Assembly: GCF_001194135.2 (NCBI RefSeq)
Contig: NC_068993.1
Span: forward strand, 12,299,091-12,331,724
Length of the DNA: 32,634 bases
Reading direction: 5' to 3'
Source of the DNA: Octopus bimaculoides
Lineage: Eukaryota
Below the pieces are notes generated by a model. The model made no database searches, had not been told where the DNA came from, and was given only the letters and a program-made list of their open reading frames with translations. Made by a program: the position numbers and the translations under genes. Below are positions 22,358 to 32,605 of this stretch, one piece after another. Positions within the stretch are counted from its first letter, which is position 1, and each line of letters starts with the position of its first letter.

Positions 22358-22645
22358 CTATGTTTATATCTATATATCTATGTATATATCTATATATCTA
22401 TGTATATATCTATGTAAATATCTATATATTTATGTTGTATGTTTATATCTATATATCTTTGTTTGTCTCATCGCCACCGCTTGATAACCATTGTTGGTGT
22501 ATTTACGTCTCGGCCAAAAACACCGACAGAATAAGTATTAATCTTAAAAAAATAAGTCTTGGGGTCGATTTGTTTGACTAAAACCCTTCAGGCTGGTGCC
22601 TCACTATGACCACAGTCCAATGATTGAAATCTGGGAACGATAAAA
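22190..22645 (+). mobile_element. SINE family C copy: tRNA-derived head, internal (TA)n/(TATATATCTATG)n expansion, 3' tail
   Basis: B box GGTTCAATCCC (22206-22216), GATTTGATAGACGGAAAT core, microsatellite at about 22293-22455, and a tail homologous to the reverse complement of 2219-2365. Confidence 0.75.
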
Positions 22646-23778
22646 TATTTTCACACAACGCATATAAACGCTTTTTATATGCATAAATGACTTTCATTGC
22701 CAGAGGAGGGATAATAAACACGAAACAAACCCGGAATTAACAGCGTACCAATTAATTATCAGACAACACAGGAGCGCATCCCTTTAACCGTTCCCACATT
22801 TAATTAACTGGGAACGAGTTCATCATAGGTCGCGTCACAAATATGCGATCCCATCATTTGCCTTCTCTGCTGCTAATATAACAGGCTCACACAGTTCTCA
22901 TTCATCGTCCAAGTAGAATCTATCCCCTGCACATCTCGCACTAATAGCTATTCCCGGGCTTTCCACCACAAAGCGTTGATCGCCTGGATTATCCTGATAC
23001 TTTCAACCCCAGTGTCTTCTAACGACAACTTGAGTGGACCGTTAACGTGTCTCTTTCATTCATTTCCGTCGGCCTGTAAAAACTATGAGCATTGCATCTT
23101 ATCACTAGACTCAGCAAGGAAATTAAGCACATTTATTAGTCAAAGTATCTCTAAAACATTTTCTAGTTTTCTCAGTTTCGTCCATTCTTTTGTCTTCTTT
23201 TTTATTTTCATTTTTAGTTAACCCCCTTTGTGTACTTTTCTTAATCACTCTGTAGCAATATTTTCGTCCTTCAGATAGCAGTACAATATTTATAATTTTG
23301 TTTGCATTTGAAGTGTATTAATGCATTGTGCATACATCAGGATGTATTTGCTCTTTCACCTTCAGCAATTTTAAAATGAATTTCTTTTAGTTTTAACATA
23401 TTAAGGATGAAAAATGCAATTACGAATCCAAACAAAATATGTTTTGTTATCTTCATTTGAAACGAAATATATTTATATTTTGAAAACAGGAGTACACGAT
23501 AAATCCCCTAACGTTAATAAGTTCCTCCTTATCAAAAAATTGTAACTAAATATATTAAATTTACAAAAACATTTTTGAGTGGAGATTCTAAACCTTTGAA
23601 CTTCCAAATATAAAACTCGAAAACTGTTTATAAAAATGAAAAGTAACAAAAATCTGCTTTAAACGAATTTGTATTAGAAAATTATTTTACGTTCTAAAAC
23701 AACTATAAACTTCCAAACTAAATATTCTGTACTTGCGTATTTTATATTTGTTTTGAAGTAGCTCAAAGAAAAACGTCG

Positions 23779-24337
23779 NNNNNNNNNNNNNNNNNNNNNN
23801 NNNNNNNNNNNNNNNNNNNNNNNNNNNNNNNNNNNNNNNNNNNNNNNNNNNNNNNNNNNNNNNNNNNNNNNNNNNNNNNNNNNNNNNNNNNNNNNNNNNN
23901 NNNNNNNNNNNNNNNNNNNNNNNNNNNNNNNNNNNNNNNNNNNNNNNNNNNNNNNNNNNNNNNNNNNNNNNNNNNNNNNNNNNNNNNNNNNNNNNNNNNN
24001 NNNNNNNNNNNNNNNNNNNNNNNNNNNNNNNNNNNNNNNNNNNNNNNNNNNNNNNNNNNNNNNNNNNNNNNNNNNNNNNNNNNNNNNNNNNNNNNNNNNN
24101 NNNNNNNNNNNNNNNNNNNNNNNNNNNNNNNNNNNNNNNNNNNNNNNNNNNNNNNNNNNNNNNNNNNNNNNNNNNNNNNNNNNNNNNNNNNNNNNNNNNN
24201 NNNNNNNNNNNNNNNNNNNNNNNNNNNNNNNNNNNNNNNNNNNNNNNNNNNNNNNNNNNNNNNNNNNNNNNNNNNNNNNNNNNNNNNNNNNNNNNNNNNN
24301 NNNNNNNNNNNNNNNNNNNNNNNNNNNNNNNNNNNNN
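23779..24337. other. Assembly gap (N run)
   Basis: Run of N. Confidence 1.
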
Positions 24338-24340
24338 ATA

Positions 24341-24588
24341 TGAAGGCGCGTAGCTTAATGGTTAGGGTATTCGGCTCACGATCGTATGGTCATACGTTCC
24401 ATCACCTGACGAAGATAAACAGTACCTGTATTTCGAAGGGCCAGCTTTGTCACACACTGTCACGTTGAATATCCCCGAGAGCTACGTTAAGGGTATACGT
24501 TACTGTTGAGTGCTTAGCCAATTGCTAGTTAATTTCACGAGCAGATTATTCAACAGAAACGCTTATCGTCGTAAACGACGGAGTGCCT
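24341..24588 (+). mobile_element. Older, internally deleted SINE related to family A
   Basis: A-box-like TAGCTTAATGG head. The body GTACCTGTATTTCGAAGGGCCAGC...CCCCGAGAGCTACGTTAAGGG...TTAATTTCACGAGCAG and the end CGTCGTAAACGACGGAGTGCC align to family A. Confidence 0.85.
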
Positions 24589-24897
24589 TAGTATGTAAAT
24601 ATACATACATATATAAAGTAAAATTTTCTTTAAGATACATGGCGTATTTTATAAATATGCCTGTTCAAATATCATAATACCATGAAACTATAAGTAGGTC
24701 TTTCGGTTGTGTATTTAAATTGATATTTATTTCTCGCTAGATGGAGTATTATTTTGCGTCGGCATTATCGACGAAAGATTATGGACTTTCTGTTTGTCTC
24801 ACGTTGATTTTTACATTCGGTATACGTTTTGTCGTTCGTCTATATATACTTTTTCATTTAACAAGTCATGGAACGTAACACACACCGAATGTGTAAT

Positions 24898-24904
24898 AAC
24901 ACAC

Positions 24905-24945
<41 letters not shown>

Positions 24946-24976
24946 GCACACACACACACATATATATATATATATT
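24898..24976. repeat. (CA)n-(TA)n microsatellite
   Basis: Seen directly. Confidence 0.95.
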
Positions 24977-25077
24977 ACAGATCCAATGGAGGTAGAATCA
25001 ATAAAATAAATGCAAATAACTTCTGTGGACATTTTGCGATCTTGTACATATACGTGCTCTTATATTTGTCTATATCT

Positions 25078-25311
25078 GTCTTATTTCATTATTGCTTACA
25101 AGAGGCTAAACATAGAGGGGACAAACAAGGACAGACAAAGGGATTAAGTCGATTACATCGACCCCAGTGCGTAACTGGTACTTAATTTATCGACCCCGAA
25201 AGGATGAAAGGCAAAGTCGACCTCGGCGGAATTTGAACTCAGAACGTAAAGACAGACGAAATACCGATTAGCATTTCGCCCAGTGCCATGTTGCTGCCAG
25301 CTCGCCGCCTT
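25078..25311 (-). mobile_element. Near full-length tRNA-derived SINE, family B
   Basis: Minus strand head AAGGCGGCGAGCTGGCAG, B box GAGTTCAAATTCC, central GGGGTCGATAAATTAAGTACCAG, A-rich end. A related copy lies at 30050-30210. Confidence 0.88.
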
Positions 25312-25312
25312 T

Positions 25313-25333
25313 TATCTATCTATCTATCTATCA

Positions 25334-25365
<32 letters not shown>

Positions 25366-25392
25366 GTCTATCTATCTATATATCTATCTATC
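25313..25392. repeat. (TATC)n microsatellite
   Basis: Seen directly. Confidence 0.95.
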
Positions 25393-25852
25393 AGTATGTA
25401 TGCGTGTGTCTGTGTGTATACATACACGCATGCACACACACATACTTATATTTATGTATATGTATATATCTATAGGCATGTTTCTATTTGCATGTGATGG
25501 AAATCTAAAGAAACAGTACGGTAAACACAGTAAATCAAGATATATGAAATGAACGAACAAGTGGGAGTTTATTAATTTTCAATGAGATTCTAACATCTGT
25601 TGGACTACTTCAAAATCGGGGTGATGACAAGGTCGCTTAGCTGTTTTAAATTAGGATTAATAGAATCAGATGTTATGTATTAATTTAAAGGGATCTGCAT
25701 GTAGTAAATGTCAACACATTCACTGAAAGCCTGGCTTCCCAACGCATAAATCTCTGATGAATATGGTTCATATGTAAAGATGAAATATATCAGCGCAGCA
25801 ACGTCGAATTCGCTGCGGAACAAAGAACAACAAAGTGAGCTTAGCCATATAC

Positions 25853-25895
<43 letters not shown>

Positions 25896-25949
25896 CATGT
25901 TGAATATGGTATTTAAGTTAAGGTACCAGAATTTAGTACGGCATTATCC

Positions 25950-26054
25950 AATCAAAATAAGCAACAATGATATCCAGAGGTAATGCAGTACGATCGTTTC
26001 GTGCAGCTCCGTTTGCTGTATTACCTCTGGATTTCCTTGTTGCTTATTTTGATT
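25950..26054. repeat. Long inverted repeat / hairpin (39-bp arms, 27-nt loop)
   Basis: 25950-25967 pairs perfectly with 26037-26054. 25972-25988 pairs with 26016-26032 with one G:T. Only two mismatches in the 4-nt junction between these stems. Confidence 0.92.
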
Positions 26055-26359
26055 TCAATATAGCTGCTCTTTTCACCTTAAACCCTTGCGATAAAATGCA
26101 AGCAGGCTTGATATGGTCACCATAGCTTATGACTCCCAAGGTTATTTCAGATGCATAACAGTGGGAACTTCAATGTGGTTCGCGTTCGATATCAGTCATT
26201 TCACATGATCACTCTGTTTAATTTGAACAAAGTTGTTCGCATCTGAGATGAAACTTGGGCTGCTTAAGTTTGTTCAACAAACTTTTGATCTGGATCATAA
26301 GGATCTCTTGGTTCTTACGGAATACAAACTGTCCTCCTCTCATAAAAGAAGATTAGTAC

Positions 26360-26399
26360 CCGAAAACACTTACAATCAGTTAAGATCAGAAGGCATGAG

Positions 26400-26401
<2 letters not shown>
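26360..26401 (-). mobile_element. Short terminal fragment of the 29088-29951 element family
   Basis: AACACTTACAATCAGTTAAGATCAGAAGGCATGAGAG matches AACACTTCCAGTCAGTTAAGATCAGAAGCCACGAGAG at about 29886-29922; both lie at or near a trinucleotide tract. Confidence 0.75.

Positions 26402-26490
<89 letters not shown>
26402..26490. repeat. Compound microsatellite (TAT)n-(TAG)n
   Basis: Seen directly. Confidence 0.98.
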
Positions 26491-26491
<1 letters not shown>

Positions 26492-26988
26492 CGTTGATAG
26501 TAGTAATAATAGTATCATGCACATATATCATGTATACAATTACATGTATGCAAACATACACGTACGTACATACACAGGTACATATATACAGGAGAAGCCA
26601 TAAAATATGTGAGTGGTGTGTGTATGTTTGTGTGTGTATGTGTGTGCGTGCGTATGCGTGTGTGCGTGTACAAATGTCTGTGTGTACAAAGGGAGTCAGA
26701 GAGACAGACAAAAAGAAAATAGATCGATAAATCGATCGATAGATAAATACATATGGTTCCCTAAAATTAAATTTTACATGCAGCAATATGAGCGGGTAAC
26801 AACGATTGCTGAGCTTATAGTAGAAGAGACTTATCCAAGGTGCCATGAGTTGGGACTAAAACCGGGCTGTGAACTATGTTCTTGAGAAATCGCGCCTACA
26901 TATATATTATATATATATATAATATATAGCTAATCTTTCTCTCTCTCTCTCTATCTATCTAGTTATCTCTCTCTCTCTCTCTCTCTCT

Positions 26989-27108
26989 NNNNNNNNNNNN
27001 NNNNNNNNNNNNNNNNNNNNNNNNNNNNNNNNNNNNNNNNNNNNNNNNNNNNNNNNNNNNNNNNNNNNNNNNNNNNNNNNNNNNNNNNNNNNNNNNNNNN
27101 NNNNNNNN
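26989..27108. other. Assembly gap between (CT)n and (TA)n
   Basis: Run of N. Confidence 1.
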
Positions 27109-27187
27109 TATATATATATATATATATATATATTTACACATATGTATAAACACACACATATATATTATATATACATGCATGCTTATA

Positions 27188-27308
27188 GAGGGTGTCCACA
27201 ATATCTGGGTACATGGAGTAAATAAAATCATATAAACAATTAAATATAAGAAATAATTTCTTAAAGTACGTGTTAATCCCCATGTACCCAGACTTTGTGA
27301 ACACCCTG
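27188..27308. mobile_element. Tc1/mariner-type MITE (121 bp)
   Basis: 31-bp TIRs (27188-27218 and 27278-27308, 26/31 match; right TIR reads CAGGGTGTTCACAAAGTCTGGGTACATGGGG), TA on both sides, AT-rich non-coding core. Confidence 0.85.
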
Positions 27309-27349
27309 TATATACATATACATATGTAAAAATACATACATTATCAATA

Positions 27350-27393
<44 letters not shown>

Positions 27394-27977
27394 TGTGTGT
27401 GTGTTGTGTGTGTGTGTATACAGACAAACGTATATAGGCATACGTACGTACAAACAAGCATACGTACATACATATATATATGCATACATACATGAATTTT
27501 TTGACATAAGAATAGCAGAATAAATGAAGCCATCTTTTTTTTAAGTTTTAAAAATAAATAACAAAAATTCATTCACCATATGTTAAATGAAGCCGAATTT
27601 TGTTGGCCGACCTTCAACCTTCGCGGAAATGTTTGAACTAGCATCTTTCTGACATTTAGTACAAACACATATATACGATTTCACATACATTCATAGCGGG
27701 GCGTGGACAGCTGTGAAATTGAAATATTGTCTAATTATTAGTAATCACCTTCTCGTTTGACATTAACCATAATTCTTCGAAACATTTCGTTTCTCTAACT
27801 ACCTTTCGCCATTTTTTTACTTTTTCTCACACACTTGGAGACCTCTGATTTTCTTTTCCTTTTTTTTTTTTTTTTTGCTACATATTTTAATATAACGATT
27901 TCCTACAACCCTATCTTATAAAACACTGATATGATTCTAGCTAAGAAATGTCTTCTATACGTGCTACATTTGAATGC

Positions 27978-28041
<64 letters not shown>

Positions 28042-28084
28042 GTTATTATTATTATTATTATTATTGTTATTATTATTATTGTTA

Positions 28085-28145
<61 letters not shown>

Positions 28146-28158
28146 CATTATTATTATT
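27978..28158. repeat. (TAT)n microsatellite abutting the 3' end of an R4/Dong-like element
   Basis: Seen directly; about 60 units with TGT/CAT interruptions. Confidence 0.98.
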
Positions 28159-29015
28159 GCCTTTGCACAGCTTCTAACGCTGGAGATGTATTACAGTGTC
28201 AGCTGTTCACTACCAGTGAACTAAGGTAACGCCTCTTATTTTTCGAGCACCTTCCGGAGTATTCGACCGGTTCCAAGCAGTGCTGTTTTCTGCAAGAGCT
28301 CCACCTTTATTGCAGCCCCTATTTGTTTCACGTACTTCTCGAGAATTTTGCTCACTCTTCCCAGGGCTCCGACAAATATTGGTACTACTGTCACCTTTTT
28401 CATCGACCTCAACTGATTAAATTCCCAAGTTAACTTGTCATATCTCTCGACTTTTCTTTCTTTCTTGTCGTATACCTTCTTGAAAGCTGGGCATGCTATA
28501 TCTATAACCTAGCATAGTGTGCTTTATTTCTCAATTAATAATATGTCCGGCTTCCTTTTCTCTATCTCATGGTCGCACTGAATCATAAAACCCATAGGAT
28601 CTTTGTATTTCTATTTTCGACGATGTTTTCAGGTTTGTGGTCGCACCAATTTATTGCTCTGTCAGTCCATACTTGTTGCAGAGTGTCCAATAGACAAGCC
28701 TGGCTATATTGTCGTGGCGTTTCTTATATTCCTTCCTTCTGGGCTAGTGGCGCACATTGGCTGGTAGTATGCCATACAGTTTCACCGTTTTGTCCACAGA
28801 TTCTGCACTTATCATTTTCTACTCTGTTGTCTATTCTGTATTTTATGTAGTTTGTTCTTAGTGCTTGCTCTTAGGCAGCACAGATTTGAGCCTCCGTTTC
28901 CGGTTTTAAATCATTTTAAGTCATCTACAGCCATGTTTTTTCTCTGTCTGTCTTATCTTCAACATCCCTACGAAATTGGCCATGCATTCTTTTCTTTACC
29001 CACCTGCTACTGTTA
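28159..29015 (-). mobile_element. 5'-truncated R4/Dong-like non-LTR retrotransposon (decayed CCHC and RLE domains)
   Basis: Manual translation: MHGQFRRDVED...KPETEAQICAA*EQALRTNY...DKCRICGQNGETVWHTTSQC (CCHC knuckle)...YKKRHDNIARLVYW...RKPDILLIEK...VIDIACP...ELLQKTALLGTGRILRKVLEK* (stop at 28236-28238). Several stops and frameshifts; the 3' end runs into (TAA)n. Confidence 0.93.
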
Positions 29016-29087
29016 CCAGCTACTTTAGTGTCCTCTATATGTTAACCCTGGTGAACAATAAATTAAATAATAACAATTATTATTATT

Positions 29088-29951
29088 TCTCTTTATCAAA
29101 AGTTTTGTGGCATCTCTTGAAGTCTTACATCCGCTGCAGGCTTACTACTTGCAGCCTACGGTACCAGGTTATCCATTCTTTCCAGCTATCTAATACTTTC
29201 CTGATTATTCTGACCGTGCCAAAGAGGCAAACATTTTGTAACAGTTCTACTGGGCATTCTATTCCAATTTCCTGTATATTCCCCTTGATACCTTCTGATA
29301 CAACAATAATTGTCATTATCTCCCCTTCTTCATTTTGCATAGACGGTGGATTTCTTAATTAAGAGAGTTTATGAATAGTATGCTTGTTATTTCTGATGAG
29401 TGACGGAGCAGTGCATGCCAACAAAGTAACACTGAGGTAAAATATACGAAGCCCAGTATACACATAATGACTACTCTTCTGATAAGGGTTCACTAGGAAC
29501 ATACATCACAACCATATGTGCGTGACACAATGATCTCGTAAAGATAAACAGCGCATGACTTTGCAGTTGGGGCCCGGTAACAATTTTCCTCAGGTTGAGT
29601 AGCCCATACCGCTCAAAAGGTATCTGAAGAAAAGTTGCTTAATGATGATGAAGAAAAACCCATGTTTCCAAAGGTGAATTATCCAAACCCCAAATAATTC
29701 CTCCCAGCACATGGCTATGATGGTCCCCCACAACTTCTGCTCGTGAAAAGAGATGCACGTATCGTCAGCTAATAAGAGGAATCCTCAACTGGTTAAGGTC
29801 AAGCAACTGACAAGCAAATCTGTGGTATTAAGCAGAATGTGTGCAGTAGCCCATCTTTTATACCAAGACAAAAGAATGTACATGATAACACTTCCAGTCA
29901 GTTAAGATCAGAAGCCACGAGAGCCACTGCATGGTATTGCATCAGGGCATT
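29088..29951 (-). mobile_element. Internally deleted, non-autonomous R4/Dong-like element (putative 5' region fused to ORF C-terminus and 3' UTR)
   Basis: The 3' part encodes IQEIGIECPVELLQNVCLFGTVRIIRKVLDS, homologous to the C-terminus of 28159-29015. About 600 bp of non-coding sequence extends to a (TAC)n tract at 29952, and the 3' end abuts (TAA)n. That the two parts form one unit is inferred. Confidence 0.65.

Positions 29952-30009
<58 letters not shown>
29952..30009. repeat. (TAC)n microsatellite
   Basis: Seen directly. Confidence 0.97.
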
Positions 30010-30010
<1 letters not shown>

Positions 30011-30049
30011 TCATTATTGTCACTATTATCTTTATTATAGTCTCATTTG

Positions 30050-30210
30050 TAGTGTGAACAAACTGTTTAGCAGCATTTCGTAGGTCTTTCCATTCTGAAT
30101 TCAAATTGTCCTGTGGTCGATAAAATAAGTACAAGTTGTTGTCTGAAGTCAACGTAATCGGTTTATCCTCTCTCCCTGAGATTGCTGGCATTGTGCCAAA
30201 ATTGTAAATC
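30050..30210 (+). mobile_element. Degenerate SINE family B copy
   Basis: GCAGCATTTCG...TTCTGAATTCAAATT...GGTCGATAAAATAAGTAC aligns to the reverse complement of 25078-25311, with an internal deletion. Confidence 0.7.
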
Positions 30211-30305
30211 ATTATTACTGTTGTTGTTATCATCATACTTATCACCATCAATGTAATTATTATTATTAATATTATTATTATTATTAATATTATTATTATT
30301 ATTAC

Positions 30306-30357
<52 letters not shown>

Positions 30358-30373
30358 GTTATTATTATTAGTA

Positions 30374-30423
<50 letters not shown>

Positions 30424-30480
30424 TGTATTATGAAGATCATCATCATTATTATTATTGTTGCCATATTTCATATTATTGTT
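30210..30480. repeat. Compound (TAT)n-(TAG)n microsatellite block
   Basis: Seen directly. Confidence 0.96.
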
Positions 30481-30977
30481 GTTCTTCCTCTGTTGTTTTG
30501 TTAAGTAGAAAATTTCCACTGTTTCATTAACCGTTATAGAATATTTTGCTACAGTCTTTTATATCGTGTGCTAAAAACACGAAACAACAACATTTTTATA
30601 TTGATTTTATAACCATTCTTTACATTTTCTTTGAATTGTGGATATTTACAATTAGTCTTTATAGAGATAAATTGGTGTTGTGTAGCATTAAAATTCCTCT
30701 TGTGTATAGTTATGAAAAGAAAATCCGTAATGAAAATGGCTGTATCTTTTGATATAATAATTATTTTCATCTCCTTAATCAAGTTAGTCAATCAGTTTGG
30801 CGTTCAAATATAGCTTCCATAACATTTAACACAGCAAAGGACGTTAGTGTGTTACGTCAAGTTTCTTATTTTTGTATTATATATACATACATATTATATA
30901 TATTTTCATATACATATATATACATACATATATACATGCATACACACACACACACACACACACAGATACACACACAT

Positions 30978-31018
<41 letters not shown>

Positions 31019-31448
31019 NNNNNNNNNNNNNNNNNNNNNNNNNNNNNNNNNNNNNNNNNNNNNNNNNNNNNNNNNNNNNNNNNNNNNNNNNNNNNNNNNN
31101 NNNNNNNNNNNNNNNNNNNNNNNNNNNNNNNNNNNNNNNNNNNNNNNNNNNNNNNNNNNNNNNNNNNNNNNNNNNNNNNNNNNNNNNNNNNNNNNNNNNN
31201 NNNNNNNNNNNNNNNNNNNNNNNNNNNNNNNNNNNNNNNNNNNNNNNNNNNNNNNNNNNNNNNNNNNNNNNNNNNNNNNNNNNNNNNNNNNNNNNNNNNN
31301 NNNNNNNNNNNNNNNNNNNNNNNNNNNNNNNNNNNNNNNNNNNNNNNNNNNNNNNNNNNNNNNNNNNNNNNNNNNNNNNNNNNNNNNNNNNNNNNNNNNN
31401 NNNNNNNNNNNNNNNNNNNNNNNNNNNNNNNNNNNNNNNNNNNNNNNN
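31019..31448. other. Assembly gap flanked by (TA)n
   Basis: Run of N. Confidence 1.
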
Positions 31449-31480
<32 letters not shown>

Positions 31481-32271
31481 TAACGATGTATACTTTTTTA
31501 ATGTTATGGCGTGTATGTGAGTATTTGTGTATTTTTGTGTTCAGTTTGTTTGAGTGTGTACATCTGCATTTGTTTGTATGTATATATAATGAATATGTGA
31601 GGCTGGCAAAGCGATTCCACTAATACGACGAATTAATCAAATAAGTATGGCGACATGAGTAATTATATATGTGGGTGTCCTTGTATGTGCATAAATTAAC
31701 GCCTATTTAGAAATGATAAACTATTACGCATTCTTCATCTTGTATATCGTTCACCGATATATTTTGTGTTTTATTTGTGTACATTTTAAGCAATTAGTAT
31801 ACGTTTCATTAGTATTTACTGTGGGTTCTTTCATCTATGTATACAATAGTGAGTTACTTGTCCACGTGGTTTAGTAACAGGGAAAAGATCCCATAAGCTG
31901 AGTATGCTTTGCTAATATGTGGTTGATAATATTTATTAAAGTAGCGCTATTTCTCTTTCATATTTGGAATTATTCTTACGTATGCATAATCCGGGCAGAC
32001 CACCACATGACCTGCAAGCTATGTGCATATAATTCGTGGACTAGCGAAATGATTCATCTCCGATCGTGTTCGTGTAGGGGATGTTGGAAAGTCACAAAAA
32101 TTGCAAGGCATCGATACCTTCACTCCTAGATAGGATTAGAAGAGACTTGTCTCGTCTGTCAGGAGTTAACACTCGGCTCATTGAGAGACTGTTCTCCAAG
32201 TGCACCAGTTACTTATTATTCGCATCACGACTACTCTTTTCATTTACTACAACCTCCGTATTTCCCACTTT

Positions 32272-32295
32272 ATTTTATCATCATTATTATTATTA

Positions 32296-32333
<38 letters not shown>

Positions 32334-32355
32334 GTTGCTGTTGTTGTTGTTGTTG

Positions 32356-32387
<32 letters not shown>
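32272..32387. repeat. (TAT)n-(TGT)n-(TAT)n microsatellite
   Basis: Seen directly. Confidence 0.97.
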
Positions 32388-32605
32388 GTTCAGTAGTTTT
32401 ATTTTTATAACGTGCTTTGACTTCACTACCGAGCGCAGCTCTGTGCGCCTTGGGTATGTGCTGTGGTTTGCTGTGGTGCTCTTATGGTTACTGTATTGAA
32501 AGTGTTTTGCGTAGGATGTGTGCTGTGCCCAGTAGTGCAATTTTCTCTATGTTATACATATATCTGTAAGTCCTGGTGTTTTTGTTATGTATTTGTCTGA
32601 ATATT
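32388..32605 (-). mobile_element. Heavily 5'-truncated R4/Dong-like element (third family), embedded in (TAA)n
   Basis: Minus strand encodes KYSDKYITKTPGLT.../EKIALLGTAHILRKTLSIQ*, matching the ALLGT-x-x-ILRK-x-L C-terminal motif. (TAT)n lies on both sides (32272-32387 and 32606-32634). Confidence 0.85.

Noticed and set aside
25754-25779. CTGATGA-ATATG-GTT-CATAT-GTAAA hammerhead-like motif
   Set aside because: GUAAA replaces GAAA, and no stem III, cleavage site or stem I follows.
7166-31623. ORFs of 150-265 aa containing X runs
   Set aside because: They are open only because they cross N gaps and (TA)n/(CA)n tracts.
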